A stretch of DNA of 44,003 nt, taken from IMG/VR virus record IMGVR_UViG_3300021579_000015, positions 1-44,003 of that record. The stretch is one strand, 5' to 3'. The notes under the pieces were generated by a model. It was given only the letters and a program-made list of their open reading frames with translations, had not been told where the DNA came from and ran no database searches. How positions within the stretch are numbered: the first letter of the stretch is position 1; every line of letters starts with the position of its first letter. Shown in pieces: positions 25,647 through 34,377 of this stretch. A program made the position numbers and the translations under genes. Source of the stretch: a virus (Duplodnaviria; Caudoviricetes).

Positions 25647-25756
25647 CATGCAACACTGCAACATCATGCAACATTGCACCATGTTGCAGTGTTGCGAAGA
25701 TCCAGAAGCTGCAACACAACACAACATCTCCCTATAGGGGATGTTGTATGTTGCAG
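25647..25756. repeat. Candidate replication origin: TGCAACA iterons in two inverted-repeat arrays
   Basis: Perfect 15-bp inverted repeat 25650-25664/25681-25695. Near-perfect palindrome centred on CTATAG (25721-25747), flanked by CTGCAACA/TGTTGCAG. Confidence 0.6.
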
Positions 25757-25858
25757 TGGATCGGGGGTTGTTGTGATGCCAATGAGTAAATTTTTACGCC
25801 TTCAGCGCTCGACTGGAATAGGTGACGTGAACGCGCGTTTTGTTGCAAGGAGCACGTT

Positions 25859-26161
25859 TTGAACTACAAACTGGTCTTCGTGAACGACAGAGGCAAGCGC
25901 ATCGGGCAGGACCATCACCGCGCCAAACTGACCGACGCAGACATCGACCTGATCTTCGAGTTGAGGGAGGCTGGTCTGTCCTACCTGGAGATCGCTGGCA
26001 AGTTCGACGACATCGAGGGCGGCATCTCACGCAGCACCGTGCGGGACATCCTGAAGGGTCGGAGGAGGGCACAGTTGCCGGCAGCCACCAAACGGGTCCT
26101 GGTGCGTTCGATGGCGTTGGCGTGGGGGGTAGCCAGCCCCGAGGAGTTTCCGCTGGCCTGA
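25859..26161 (+). CDS. Small HTH DNA-binding protein, candidate late-gene activator
   Basis: SD AAGGAG plus TTG start. GQDHHRAKLTDADI...GLSYLEIAGKF...ISRSTVRDILKGRRR. Last gene before the first late-promoter motif. Confidence 0.75.
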   Translation: MNYKLVFVNDRGKRIGQDHHRAKLTDADIDLIFELREAGLSYLEIAGKFDDIEGGISRSTVRDILKGRRRAQLPAATKRVLVRSMALAWGVASPEEFPLA

Positions 26162-26162
26162 C

Positions 26163-26194
26163 GTGTGCATAACGGCCTTGCTGGGCGCTAAAGT
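26163..26194 (+). promoter_or_regulatory. Late-promoter motif copy 3 (GTGTGCATAA-N17-AAAGT)
   Basis: 7 nt upstream of the terS ATG. Confidence 0.75.
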
Positions 26195-26201
26195 TCCCTG
26201 C

Positions 26202-26732
26202 ATGGCTCATCACCACTTCCCCTGGCGCGACGTGTTCCTGGCAGCTCTTAGCGAGATGCCGGTCGTTGCTTATGCCTGCCAGGCTGTTGGCATCCAGCGC
26301 AGCACCGCCTACCGGGCACGCGAGGCCGACGAGGACTTCGCCAGGGCCTGGGATGAGGCAATGGAGGATGGCGTAGACAAGGCCGAGCAGGCAGCGTTCA
26401 AGCGCGGCGTGCATGGTTGGGATGAACCGCTCACCCACCAAGGCCACATCAGCCACGTGCTGGAGCCTTACACCAAGGACGACGGCACGCAGGGCTACCG
26501 GCCTAAGCTCGACGCCAACGGCAACCCGATCCCTGTGACCGTGCGCAAGCACAGCGACGCGCTGCTGGCCCTGGTGCTCAAAGGCAGGCGCAAGCAGGTC
26601 TACGCTGACCGCACAGAGCTCACCGGTGCTGACGGCAAGCCCATGGAGGTTGACCAGACCGTGGCGGCTGCGCGCGTGGCGCAGCTGCTGGCCGTGGCCA
26701 AGGCGCGCAAAGACTTCAGCGATCTGGCATGA
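26202..26732 (+). CDS. Terminase small subunit
   Basis: FLAALSE...ACQAVGIQRSTAY...DEDFARAWDEA, RKHSDALL, ELTGADGKP. Lies upstream of TerL. Confidence 0.8.
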   Translation: MAHHHFPWRDVFLAALSEMPVVAYACQAVGIQRSTAYRAREADEDFARAWDEAMEDGVDKAEQAAFKRGVHGWDEPLTHQGHISHVLEPYTKDDGTQGYRPKLDANGNPIPVTVRKHSDALLALVLKGRRKQVYADRTELTGADGKPMEVDQTVAAARVAQLLAVAKARKDFSDLA

Positions 26733-26911
26733 GTGGTAACGACTACGCCGAGCAGGCGGTCTACACCAGCACCGCCTATTGCCTGACATGCGGCCCTGTG
26801 CTGCGCGAGCACCTGCCAGGGGGCCGGCACGTCACCTACCACAAGCAGCAGGAGGCCGCGCACCCCAACGGTGACGCGACCCTGCCTGAAGAAGACAGGC
26901 CGCTGCAATGA
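26729..26911 (+). CDS. Small CxxC protein between terS and terL
   Basis: 60 aa, YCLTCG. ATGA overlaps on both sides. Confidence 0.55.
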   Translation: MSGNDYAEQAVYTSTAYCLTCGPVLREHLPGGRHVTYHKQQEAAHPNGDATLPEEDRPLQ

Positions 26912-28461
26912 CCCCAGCAGAGCTCGCCGAGCTTGAGCAGCACCTCACCGAGGACGAGCGCGCCGAGCTCTACGCACTGATCCAGCAGGACATCGAGGCC
27001 AGGTTGTGGAGCCCGCTGCCTGGGCCTCAGACCATGGCCTACGAGAGCCCGGCCGACATCATTGGCTTCGGCGGTGCCGCCGGCGGCGGCAAGACAGACC
27101 TGGCCATTGGCAAGGCGCTCATGCAACACCGCGTTGCGTTCGTGGTGCGCAAGAACGGCACCGAGCACACCGGCATGGTTGACCGCCTGACCGAGCTGCT
27201 GGGCACGCGCGACGGCTTCAGCAGCAAGGACGGGATCTGGCGCGGAGCCGGCCCGCGTGGGGTGCAGATCGAGTTCGGCTCGCTGCCCAACCCCAAGGAC
27301 GAGGAGAAGTACCGGGGCCGACCGCACGACCTGATCATCTACGACGAGGCCACCAGCCTGGCGCAGCTGCAGGTGGAGTTCCTCATGGCGTGGAACAGAA
27401 CTACCATCCCAGGCCAGAAGTGCCAGACGCTGCTGACCTTCAACCCGCCCAGCACCGCCGAGGGCCGCTGGGTGATCGAGTTCTTCGCCCCGTGGCTGGA
27501 CAAGAAGCACCCCAACCCGGCCCAGCCGGGTGAGCTGCGCTGGATGGCCATGGTGGACGGCGTGGTGGTCGAGCGCCCCGACAGCACACCGTTCGACCAC
27601 AAGGGCGAGCGCATCGTGCCCAAGTCGCGCACGTTCATCCCCTCGCGCATCACCGACAACCCATTCCTGGTGGGGACCAACTACATGAGCACCTTGCAAT
27701 CCTTGCCCGAGCCGCTGCGCTCGCAGATGCTGTACGGCGACTTCCAGGCCGGCGTGCAGGACGACCCCTGGCAGATCATCCCCACCCGCTGGGTCGAGGA
27801 GGCGCAGGAGCGCTGGACCAAGCGCAGGCCCAAGGGCGAGATGCTCAGCATGGGTGTGGACGTGGCGCGCGGTGGGCAGGACAACACCACCATCGCCACC
27901 CGCCACCGGGACGACGCTGGCAAGGGCATGTGGTTTGACGAGCCTCACGAGCACAAGGGCAGCGAGACACCCAACGGGCCGGTGGTGGCTGGCCTGGTGG
28001 TGGGCGCCAGGCGTGACGACAGCCCGATACACATCGACGTGATCGGTGTGGGTGCCAGCCCCTACGACACACTCAACACCATGCGCATGCCGGTGATCGG
28101 CGTGAACGTGGCCGAGAAGGCGCTGGGCACCGACCGATCCGGGCGCCTGCGCTTCTTCAACCAGCGCAGCGAACTGTGGTGGCGCATGCGTGAGGCGCTG
28201 GATCCAGCCAATGACACCGGCATCGCGCTGCCACCCAGCAAGAAGCTGCTGGCCGAGCTGTGCGCGCCCAAGTGGGAGGCCTCGGGTTACACCATCAAGG
28301 TCGAGAGCCGCGAGGACATCATCAAGCGCATCGGGCGCAGCCCCGACCTGGCCACCGCCTTCATCCTGGCGCTGATCGACACGCCCAAGATAAAGCTCGC
28401 CCAGCAGCGCAACGAGATCAACGACGTGCTCGCCTACGACCCCATGGCCACGCGCCAGTAG
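26908..28461 (+). CDS. Terminase large subunit
   Basis: FGGAAGGGKT Walker A, IIYDEA Walker B, TFNPP, GVDVARGGQD nuclease motif, RSPDLA. Confidence 0.95.
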   Translation: MTPAELAELEQHLTEDERAELYALIQQDIEARLWSPLPGPQTMAYESPADIIGFGGAAGGGKTDLAIGKALMQHRVAFVVRKNGTEHTGMVDRLTELLGTRDGFSSKDGIWRGAGPRGVQIEFGSLPNPKDEEKYRGRPHDLIIYDEATSLAQLQVEFLMAWNRTTIPGQKCQTLLTFNPPSTAEGRWVIEFFAPWLDKKHPNPAQPGELRWMAMVDGVVVERPDSTPFDHKGERIVPKSRTFIPSRITDNPFLVGTNYMSTLQSLPEPLRSQMLYGDFQAGVQDDPWQIIPTRWVEEAQERWTKRRPKGEMLSMGVDVARGGQDNTTIATRHRDDAGKGMWFDEPHEHKGSETPNGPVVAGLVVGARRDDSPIHIDVIGVGASPYDTLNTMRMPVIGVNVAEKALGTDRSGRLRFFNQRSELWWRMREALDPANDTGIALPPSKKLLAELCAPKWEASGYTIKVESREDIIKRIGRSPDLATAFILALIDTPKIKLAQQRNEINDVLAYDPMATRQ

Positions 28462-28492
28462 TGTGCATAAGGCTGCGAGCACGCAGCACAAT
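28461..28492 (+). promoter_or_regulatory. Late-promoter motif copy 4 (GTGTGCATAA-N17-ACAAT)
   Basis: Intergenic, ahead of the portal operon. Confidence 0.75.
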
Positions 28493-28516
28493 GCGCCCAA
28501 ACCAGGAGTCCATCCC

Positions 28517-28717
28517 ATGTGCCTCGGCTCTGCGCCTTCCGCGCCCCCACCTCCGCCTCCACCCCAGGCCCCGCAGGATCCGCAGATCGCTGACCTCACC
28601 GACATGCGCAAGAAGCGCCAGGCTGCCGGTATGGCCGGTGGCACGCTGCTGACCGGGCCCACGGGCATCGAGAACAACCAACTGAACACAGGCAAGGGCA
28701 GCCTGCTCGGATCGTAA
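28517..28717 (+). CDS. Small Pro-rich virion protein preceding the portal
   Basis: SD AGGAG. MCLGSAPSAPPPPPPP...GTLLTGPTG...GKGSLLGS. Confidence 0.75.
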   Translation: MCLGSAPSAPPPPPPPQAPQDPQIADLTDMRKKRQAAGMAGGTLLTGPTGIENNQLNTGKGSLLGS

Positions 28718-30405
28718 TGGCAACCGTACCAGGCGCAGGCCTCACCCCCAGACAACGCAAGCTGCAGCGCAAAGGCGCGCTGTGGCAAGAGCGCTCGTCC
28801 TGGCTCATGCACTGGCGTGAGATCAGCGAGTACCAGCAGCCGCGCCTGGGCCGCTACATGGTGACCGACGTCAACAAGGGCTGGAAGCGCCACAACAGCA
28901 TCTACGACAACACCGCCGTGCAGGCAGCGCGTACGCTGGCCGCCGGCATGATGTCGGGCATGACCAGCCCGGCGCGCCCGTGGTTCAAGATGGAGCTGGC
29001 CGACAAGGAGCTCATGGAGTACGGGCCGGTCAAGAGCTGGCTGTACCAGACCACCAACCTGCTGCGCGACATCTTCGCCCGCTCCAACACCTATCGCAGC
29101 CTGCACCAGGGCTACGAGGAGCTCGGCCTGTTCGGCACCTGGGCGGCAGCGGTCGAGCACGACTTTGACAACGTCATCCACAGCTTCCCCATGACCGTGG
29201 GCGAGTACGCCATTGGCACCGACGACAAAGGCCGGGTCAACACCCTGGCGCGTGAGTTCCAGATGACCGTGGGCCAGCTGGTGGCCAAGTTCGGCATCGA
29301 GAACTGCAGCACCACGATCAAGAGCCTGTACGAGCGCAACGCGCTCGACAGCTGGGTGCCCATCGTCCACCTGATCGAACCCAACGACTACCGCGAGCTC
29401 GGCAAGCGCGACAGCAAGAACATGAAGTTCTCCAGCACCTACATGGAGACCGGGGGCAACGATGACAAATTTCTGCGCGAGTCTGGTTACAAGCGCTTTC
29501 CTGGTCTGTGCCCGCGTTGGGCCGTCACCGGCAACGACATCTATGGCAACTCGCCCGGCATGGAGGCGCAAGGCGATGTGAAGCAGCTGCAGCACGAGCA
29601 GCTGCGCAAGAGCCAGGCCATCGACTACCAGGTCAACCCGCCACTGCAGGTGCCCACCCAGTACAAGGACGCAGCCAAGAGCCGGCTGCCCGGTGGCGTC
29701 ATGTTCGTGGACAGCGCCTCGCCTGGTGGCGGGGTGCGCACTGCGTTCGACGTCAACATCAACATGCAGCACCTGCTGGAGGACATCCAGGACGTGCGCA
29801 GCCGGGTGCGCAATGCGTACTACGCCGACCTGTTCATGATGTTGGCCAACGACACGCGCTCGGGCATCACGGCCACCGAGGTGGCAGAGCGCCACGAAGA
29901 GAAGATGTTGATGCTTGGCCCGGTGCTGGAGCGCTTGCACGACGAGCTGCTCAAGCCGCTGATCGACCTGACCTTCGAGCACTGCGCCGACGCCGGCATC
30001 CTGCCGCCTCCGCCCAAGGAGCTGCACGGCATGGAGGTCAATCCCGAGTTCATCAGTGTGCTGGCCCAGGCGCAGCGCATCGTGAGTGCCCAGGGTATGG
30101 ACCGACTGCTGGCTACCGCCGGCAACCTGGCTGGCTTGAAGCCCGAGATCGTGGACAAGATCGACTTCGACCAGGCTATTGACGATTATGCCCAGATGTA
30201 TGGCGTCAACCCCGAGATCGTGCTGCCCGACGACAAGGTCGCAGCGCTGCGCGCCCAGCGCGCCCAGCAGCAGGCAGCCCAGCAGGCCCTGGCCGCAGCG
30301 CCGGTCATGGCGAGCGCTGCCAAGGACGCCAGCCAGATCGATCCACAGAACATGCAGAGCGTCATGTCCAGCCTGCAGGGCTACAACACGCCAGGCGCCA
30401 CCTGA
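28717..30405 (+). CDS. Portal (head-tail connector), T7/BPP-1 type
   Basis: LAAGMMSGMTSPARPWF, YGNSPGMEA, ITATEVAERHEEKMLMLGPVLERL. Confidence 0.95.
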   Translation: MATVPGAGLTPRQRKLQRKGALWQERSSWLMHWREISEYQQPRLGRYMVTDVNKGWKRHNSIYDNTAVQAARTLAAGMMSGMTSPARPWFKMELADKELMEYGPVKSWLYQTTNLLRDIFARSNTYRSLHQGYEELGLFGTWAAAVEHDFDNVIHSFPMTVGEYAIGTDDKGRVNTLAREFQMTVGQLVAKFGIENCSTTIKSLYERNALDSWVPIVHLIEPNDYRELGKRDSKNMKFSSTYMETGGNDDKFLRESGYKRFPGLCPRWAVTGNDIYGNSPGMEAQGDVKQLQHEQLRKSQAIDYQVNPPLQVPTQYKDAAKSRLPGGVMFVDSASPGGGVRTAFDVNINMQHLLEDIQDVRSRVRNAYYADLFMMLANDTRSGITATEVAERHEEKMLMLGPVLERLHDELLKPLIDLTFEHCADAGILPPPPKELHGMEVNPEFISVLAQAQRIVSAQGMDRLLATAGNLAGLKPEIVDKIDFDQAIDDYAQMYGVNPEIVLPDDKVAALRAQRAQQQAAQQALAAAPVMASAAKDASQIDPQNMQSVMSSLQGYNTPGAT

Positions 30406-30407
30406 GT

Positions 30408-30439
30408 GTGTGCTTAACGTGGTGAGCACGCAACACAAT
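30408..30439 (+). promoter_or_regulatory. Late-promoter motif copy 5 (GTGTGCTTAA-N17-ACAAT)
   Basis: 7 nt upstream of ATG 30447, ahead of the capsid operon. Confidence 0.75.
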
Positions 30440-30446
30440 GCGCACC

Positions 30447-30755
30447 ATGTCACTACCTCACGACCCGACCGACTTGAAGGCGCATGACCGCGATGCCGAG
30501 GCCCAAGGCCTGGAGCAAGGCGTCAAGCGCAAGCAGGAGGTCGAAGACCTGAAGTGGCTGATGGCCCACAAGCAGGGCCGCCGGTATGTGTGGCGACTCC
30601 TGGAGAAGGCCGGTGTGTATCGCACATCGTTCACTGGCAACAGTGAGACCTTCTTCCGCGAGGGCATGCGCAACCTCGGCCTGTTTGTGTTGAGCGAAGT
30701 GATGGAGGTCACTCCTGATCAGTTCGCGATGATGCTCAAGGAGCAACAAGCATGA
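30447..30755 (+). CDS. Bbp19-like head protein
   Basis: DLKWLMAHKQGRRYVWRLL...TFFREGMRNLGL. Confidence 0.8.
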   Translation: MSLPHDPTDLKAHDRDAEAQGLEQGVKRKQEVEDLKWLMAHKQGRRYVWRLLEKAGVYRTSFTGNSETFFREGMRNLGLFVLSEVMEVTPDQFAMMLKEQQA

Positions 30756-31351
30756 CGACCGAAACGCTAGTAACCGGCCAAGACGCACCTGACGCCGGGG
30801 TACAGCAAACCGCCGAAGGCACAACGCCCGAGGCTCAGACAGCCGACAGCACCGTCACGTCACAAACAGGTGACAACGCGAGCGCTGAAGGCACCAAGGC
30901 AGACGCCGCCGAAGTGGTCTACGAGTTCACCGCCCCCGAGGGTGTGGAGCTCGACAAGGCCTCGACGGAGGAGTTTGTAGCCATTGCGAAGGAACTGAAG
31001 CTGCCCAAGGAGCAAGCGCAGAAGGTCGTGGATCTCGCCGTCAAACGCGAGCAAGCCCGTGCCGAGGCGTTCGCCAACCAGGTCAGTGAATGGGAGGCGT
31101 CGGTCAAGGCCGACAAGGATCTCGGAGGCGACAAGCTGCCCGAGACCCTGGCCACCTGTCGCAAGGCCATCGACCTTGGCCCGCCTGAGTTGAGGGACCT
31201 GCTGAGCAGCACCAAGATGGGCAGCCATCCTGCGGTTGTGAAGTGGGCTTATGCCGTTGGCAAAGCTCTGAGCGAGGACAAGTTCGTGACCGGTGGCAAC
31301 GGTGCCAAGGTCAACAAGGACGCCGCTCAAGTCCTGTATCCCAATCAATAA
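30752..31351 (+). CDS. Capsid scaffolding protein
   Basis: Acidic disordered N-terminus, YEFTAPEG, GSHPAVVKWAYAVGKALSED, AAQVLYP. Confidence 0.8.
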   Translation: MTTETLVTGQDAPDAGVQQTAEGTTPEAQTADSTVTSQTGDNASAEGTKADAAEVVYEFTAPEGVELDKASTEEFVAIAKELKLPKEQAQKVVDLAVKREQARAEAFANQVSEWEASVKADKDLGGDKLPETLATCRKAIDLGPPELRDLLSSTKMGSHPAVVKWAYAVGKALSEDKFVTGGNGAKVNKDAAQVLYPNQ

Positions 31352-31366
31352 CAGAGGTAACTCAAA

Positions 31367-32386
31367 ATGGCTCTTCTCTCTACTGGCGCTCTCACCCTGG
31401 CCGACTGGGCAAAACGACTCGACCCCGATGGTCAAGTGCCCAAGGTCGCTGAACTGCTCTCGCAGACCAACGAGATCCTGGAAGACGCGGTCTTCATGGA
31501 AGGCAACCTGCCCACCGGCCACCGCCTGACCATCCGCACCGGCCTGCCCCAGGTCTTCTACCGCATGATCAACCAAGGTGTGCCGACCAGCAAGTCGGTG
31601 ACCGCACAGATCGACGAGACCTGCGGCATCCTGGAAGCCCGTTCGCACATCGACGTGGAGCTGGCCCGCCTCAACGGCAACACCGCTGCCTTCCGTCTGT
31701 CTGAGGACCAGGCCTTCATCGAATCGATGAACCAGACCATGGCCGGCGCCATGTTCTACGGCAACCCGGCCACTGACCCGCGTCAGTTCCTGGGCCTGCA
31801 GACCCGCTACTCCAGCCTGTCGGCCGGCAATGCCCAGAACATTATCGACGCCGGCGGCACGGCCTCCACCAACTGCTCGATCTACCTGGTCGTGTGGGGT
31901 GAGAACACCGTGTTCTGCCCGTTCCCGAAGGGCTCCAAGGCCGGCCTGATGCACCAGGACCTGGGTGAAGAGTCCGTGCCTGACATCAACAACAACTTCT
32001 ACCAGGCCCTGCGTGCCCTGTACCAGTGGAAGAACGGCGTGGCCGTCAAAGACTGGCGCTACGTGGTTCGCATCTGCAACATCCACGTGCCCGACCTGAC
32101 CGGCCAGACCGGCACCCAGGCCACCACCGCCGCCACGCAGATCATCAACTTGATGAGCCGCGCCCTGGACCGTGTGCCCAACCTGGCCATGGGTCGCGCC
32201 TGCTTCTACGCCAACCGCACCGTGTACTCGATGCTGCGCGTAGCCGCCCTGAACAAGTCCAACGCTGCCTTGAACATTCAAGACGCGCTGACCCAGTTCG
32301 GCACCCCCTACAGCCTGACCAAGTTCCTGGGCGTGCCCCTGCGCAAGGTCGATCAGCTGCTGAACACCGAAAGCCGTGTGGTCTAA
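31367..32386 (+). CDS. Major capsid protein (epsilon15 gp7 / BPP-1 type)
   Basis: LTLADWAKRLDPDG...ELLSQTNEILED...GNLPTGH, DWRYVVRICNI, FLGVPLRKVDQLLNTE. Confidence 0.95.
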   Translation: MALLSTGALTLADWAKRLDPDGQVPKVAELLSQTNEILEDAVFMEGNLPTGHRLTIRTGLPQVFYRMINQGVPTSKSVTAQIDETCGILEARSHIDVELARLNGNTAAFRLSEDQAFIESMNQTMAGAMFYGNPATDPRQFLGLQTRYSSLSAGNAQNIIDAGGTASTNCSIYLVVWGENTVFCPFPKGSKAGLMHQDLGEESVPDINNNFYQALRALYQWKNGVAVKDWRYVVRICNIHVPDLTGQTGTQATTAATQIINLMSRALDRVPNLAMGRACFYANRTVYSMLRVAALNKSNAALNIQDALTQFGTPYSLTKFLGVPLRKVDQLLNTESRVV

Positions 32387-32394
32387 AGCTGACT

Positions 32395-32419
32395 AGGGTG
32401 TCCACTCAATGGACACCCT
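32395..32419 (+). terminator. Hairpin after MCP (weak terminator or stability element)
   Basis: AGGGTGTCCA-CTCAA-TGGACACCCT, perfect 10-bp stem, poor U tract. Confidence 0.5.
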
Positions 32420-32452
32420 TCTCGCAACCCATCTCAAGAACAGGAACCCATC

Positions 32453-32947
32453 ATGATCCTCGACCAAAACGCTCTTCTCTCCGGTTCGGTGTCTGCCGTT
32501 GGCGTGCTGACCGGCCAGGCCGTCACCGCCACCGCCGTGTCGACCAACACCTACGACACCGCACCGCTGACCTTGGGCGCCAACCAGCCCAACGACATCG
32601 GACGCGGTGAGCCCCTCGAAGTGGCCATCAGTGTGCTGGCTACCGTCACCGCTGCGGGCGCTGCCACCGTCAACTTTGAATTGATTCAAGCTGACGACGC
32701 CGCCTTGTCGGTCAACGTGGAAACGCTGGTGCAAACCGGCGCCGTCCCCAAGACCTCGCTGACCGCCGGTACGCTGGTGGCCTTGCACTACGACCGCGCT
32801 GCCCCGCTGGCTGCCCGCCGTTACATCGGTGTGCGCTACACCGTGGGCACTGGCCCGTTGACCGCCGGTACGTTCACCGCCGCCCTGGTGAAGAACATCG
32901 CCGACGTTGCCAACATCTACGCGAAGTCCGGCTTCGTGGTGGTCTAA
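32453..32947 (+). CDS. Bbp16-like capsid cement protein
   Basis: QAVTATAVSTNTYD...DIGRGEPL...RYIGVRYTV..GPLTAGTFTA. Confidence 0.85.
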   Translation: MILDQNALLSGSVSAVGVLTGQAVTATAVSTNTYDTAPLTLGANQPNDIGRGEPLEVAISVLATVTAAGAATVNFELIQADDAALSVNVETLVQTGAVPKTSLTAGTLVALHYDRAAPLAARRYIGVRYTVGTGPLTAGTFTAALVKNIADVANIYAKSGFVVV

Positions 32948-32956
32948 GACCCAACT

Positions 32957-32976
32957 CCCGAGGCTTCGGCCTCGGG
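32957..32976 (+). other. UUCG-tetraloop hairpin
   Basis: CCCGAGGC-TTCG-GCCTCGGG, intergenic, no U tract. Confidence 0.6.
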
Positions 32977-33001
32977 CCCATCTACCAACTGAAAGACAAT
33001 C

Positions 33002-33352
33002 ATGGCCGATACCCCTATCAAGTACATCGTCAAGGAAAAGTCTCTCATCGGCAACGAGATCTTCGAGGCTGGTGCAGAGGTCACGTTGCCCGAGGGCACC
33101 TGGCCGGGCAGCAACCTGGAAGCCATCTGCGCACGCGGCGTTGCCAAGTTCGCAGAGCACGCTGAAATGGACAAGGCACGCATCGCCAAGCTCAACGCCG
33201 ACTTCGGTGAAAAGGGCCTGACCGGTGACGTCAACGCCCTGGCCAAGCTCATGGCTGCTGCCGTGGCTGAAGCCCTGGCCAACCAAACTGTCGAATCGAA
33301 GCCCGCCAAGAAGGCCAAAGCAGACCACACGGGTGATGCCACCCTGGCCTGA
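33002..33352 (+). CDS. Hypothetical head-associated protein
   Basis: 116 aa, KYIVKEKSLIGNEIFEAG...PGSNLEAI. Confidence 0.75.
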   Translation: MADTPIKYIVKEKSLIGNEIFEAGAEVTLPEGTWPGSNLEAICARGVAKFAEHAEMDKARIAKLNADFGEKGLTGDVNALAKLMAAAVAEALANQTVESKPAKKAKADHTGDATLA

Positions 33353-33375
33353 GCCCGAGGCCTGCGTGTGATTTT

Positions 33376-33404
33376 CGGGGCCCTCAGCGGCCCCGCTTTT
33401 GTTT
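33376..33404 (+). terminator. Intrinsic terminator after the head genes
   Basis: CGGGGCC-CTCAGC-GGCCCCG followed by CTTTTGTTT. Confidence 0.75.
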
Positions 33405-33417
33405 GAAGGAGGCCGAC

Positions 33418-33717
33418 ATGGCCAACATGAACATCAAGGGCGACGAGCCGCAGATGCCCGAGTACGACCCCAGTCCGACCATCTATCTGAACGACGACCA
33501 GGTCGAGGCGCTCGGTATCAGTGGTATCCCACAGCCGGGCACGACGCTGGAGCTCACCGTCAAGGCCGTGGTGCTCAGCGTGACGGCCAGCCAGGAAGAG
33601 TCCGACGAGACCGCCAAGGAAGGCACCGCGCCTGACGTGCGCCTCACCTTGCGCTGCGCTGACATCACGGTGGCAGACAGCGGCAAGTCCATCGCCGACA
33701 CCCTCTACTCGGAGTAA
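33418..33717 (+). CDS. Epsilon15 gp10-like capsid staple protein
   Basis: SD GGAGG. IYLNDDQVEALG...PGTTLELTVKAVV...KSIADTLY. Confidence 0.65.
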   Translation: MANMNIKGDEPQMPEYDPSPTIYLNDDQVEALGISGIPQPGTTLELTVKAVVLSVTASQEESDETAKEGTAPDVRLTLRCADITVADSGKSIADTLYSE

Positions 33718-33720
33718 GCC

Positions 33721-34377
33721 GTGGCCACCAGTGATGTCGTCATCTGCAACCTGGCTCTGAACCACCTCGGTTCCGACGCCCTGCTCAGCTCGATAAACCC
33801 GCCCGATGGCAGCACCGAGTCGGGCTACTGCGCGCGCTACTACCCGGTGGCGCGCCAGGAGCTGATCGAGATGTTCCCGTGGACGTTTGCCAAGACGCGG
33901 GTGGCGCTCTCCCAGGTCACCAACCCGAGCAGCACCTGGACCTACGCCTACGCCGCGCCGTCGGACATGGTGCAGCCCCAGCGGATCCTGACGGCCAGCA
34001 CGCTGGACGCCTACGGGTTCTTCCCGTTCGGCGGGCTGCTGCGCGCCGACGAGGTGGCGCTCTTCACCGAGCGCGGCTCGGCCCAGTTCGAGAGCGAGAA
34101 CGGCATGTTGCTCACGCACGAGCCGGACGCGGTGCTGCTGTACACGCGCGACATCACCGACACCAGCAAGTTCACCGCCGGCTTCACCGTGGCGCTGTCC
34201 TACCTGCTGGCCTCCTACCTGGCAGGCCCGTTGATCAAGGGCTCCACCGGGGCAGACGCTGCCCTGCGCCTGCGCAAGATCGCGCAGAGCAAGGCCGGCG
34301 AGGCCATGGCCAACGACGCCAACTCCAGCGTCGAGACTAGTCAGTACGTTCCTGAACACATCCGGCGCCGAGCATGA
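33721..34377 (+). CDS. Tail adaptor (tail tubular protein A)
   Basis: VICNLALNHLG, FPWTFAKTRVAL, WTYAYAAPSD, LLASYLAGPL. Confidence 0.9.
   Translation: MATSDVVICNLALNHLGSDALLSSINPPDGSTESGYCARYYPVARQELIEMFPWTFAKTRVALSQVTNPSSTWTYAYAAPSDMVQPQRILTASTLDAYGFFPFGGLLRADEVALFTERGSAQFESENGMLLTHEPDAVLLYTRDITDTSKFTAGFTVALSYLLASYLAGPLIKGSTGADAALRLRKIAQSKAGEAMANDANSSVETSQYVPEHIRRRA

Noticed and set aside
25647-25756. CRISPR array or protelomerase telomere site
   Set aside because: The repeats are 7-8 nt with no unique spacers, no cas genes are present, and no protelomerase is encoded.
28538-28575. Poly-Pro tract as a contingency repeat
   Set aside because: It is encoded by mixed CCN codons, so it is not a slippage tract. 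Pro-rich pre-portal proteins are ordinary in this phage group.
26836-30453. 1205-aa minus-strand ORF (also 3860-5953, 39199-41244, 30860-32281, 34986-36398)
   Set aside because: These are antisense shadows of high-GC3 genes (TerL, portal, ejection and tail proteins) with no recognisable motifs or SDs.
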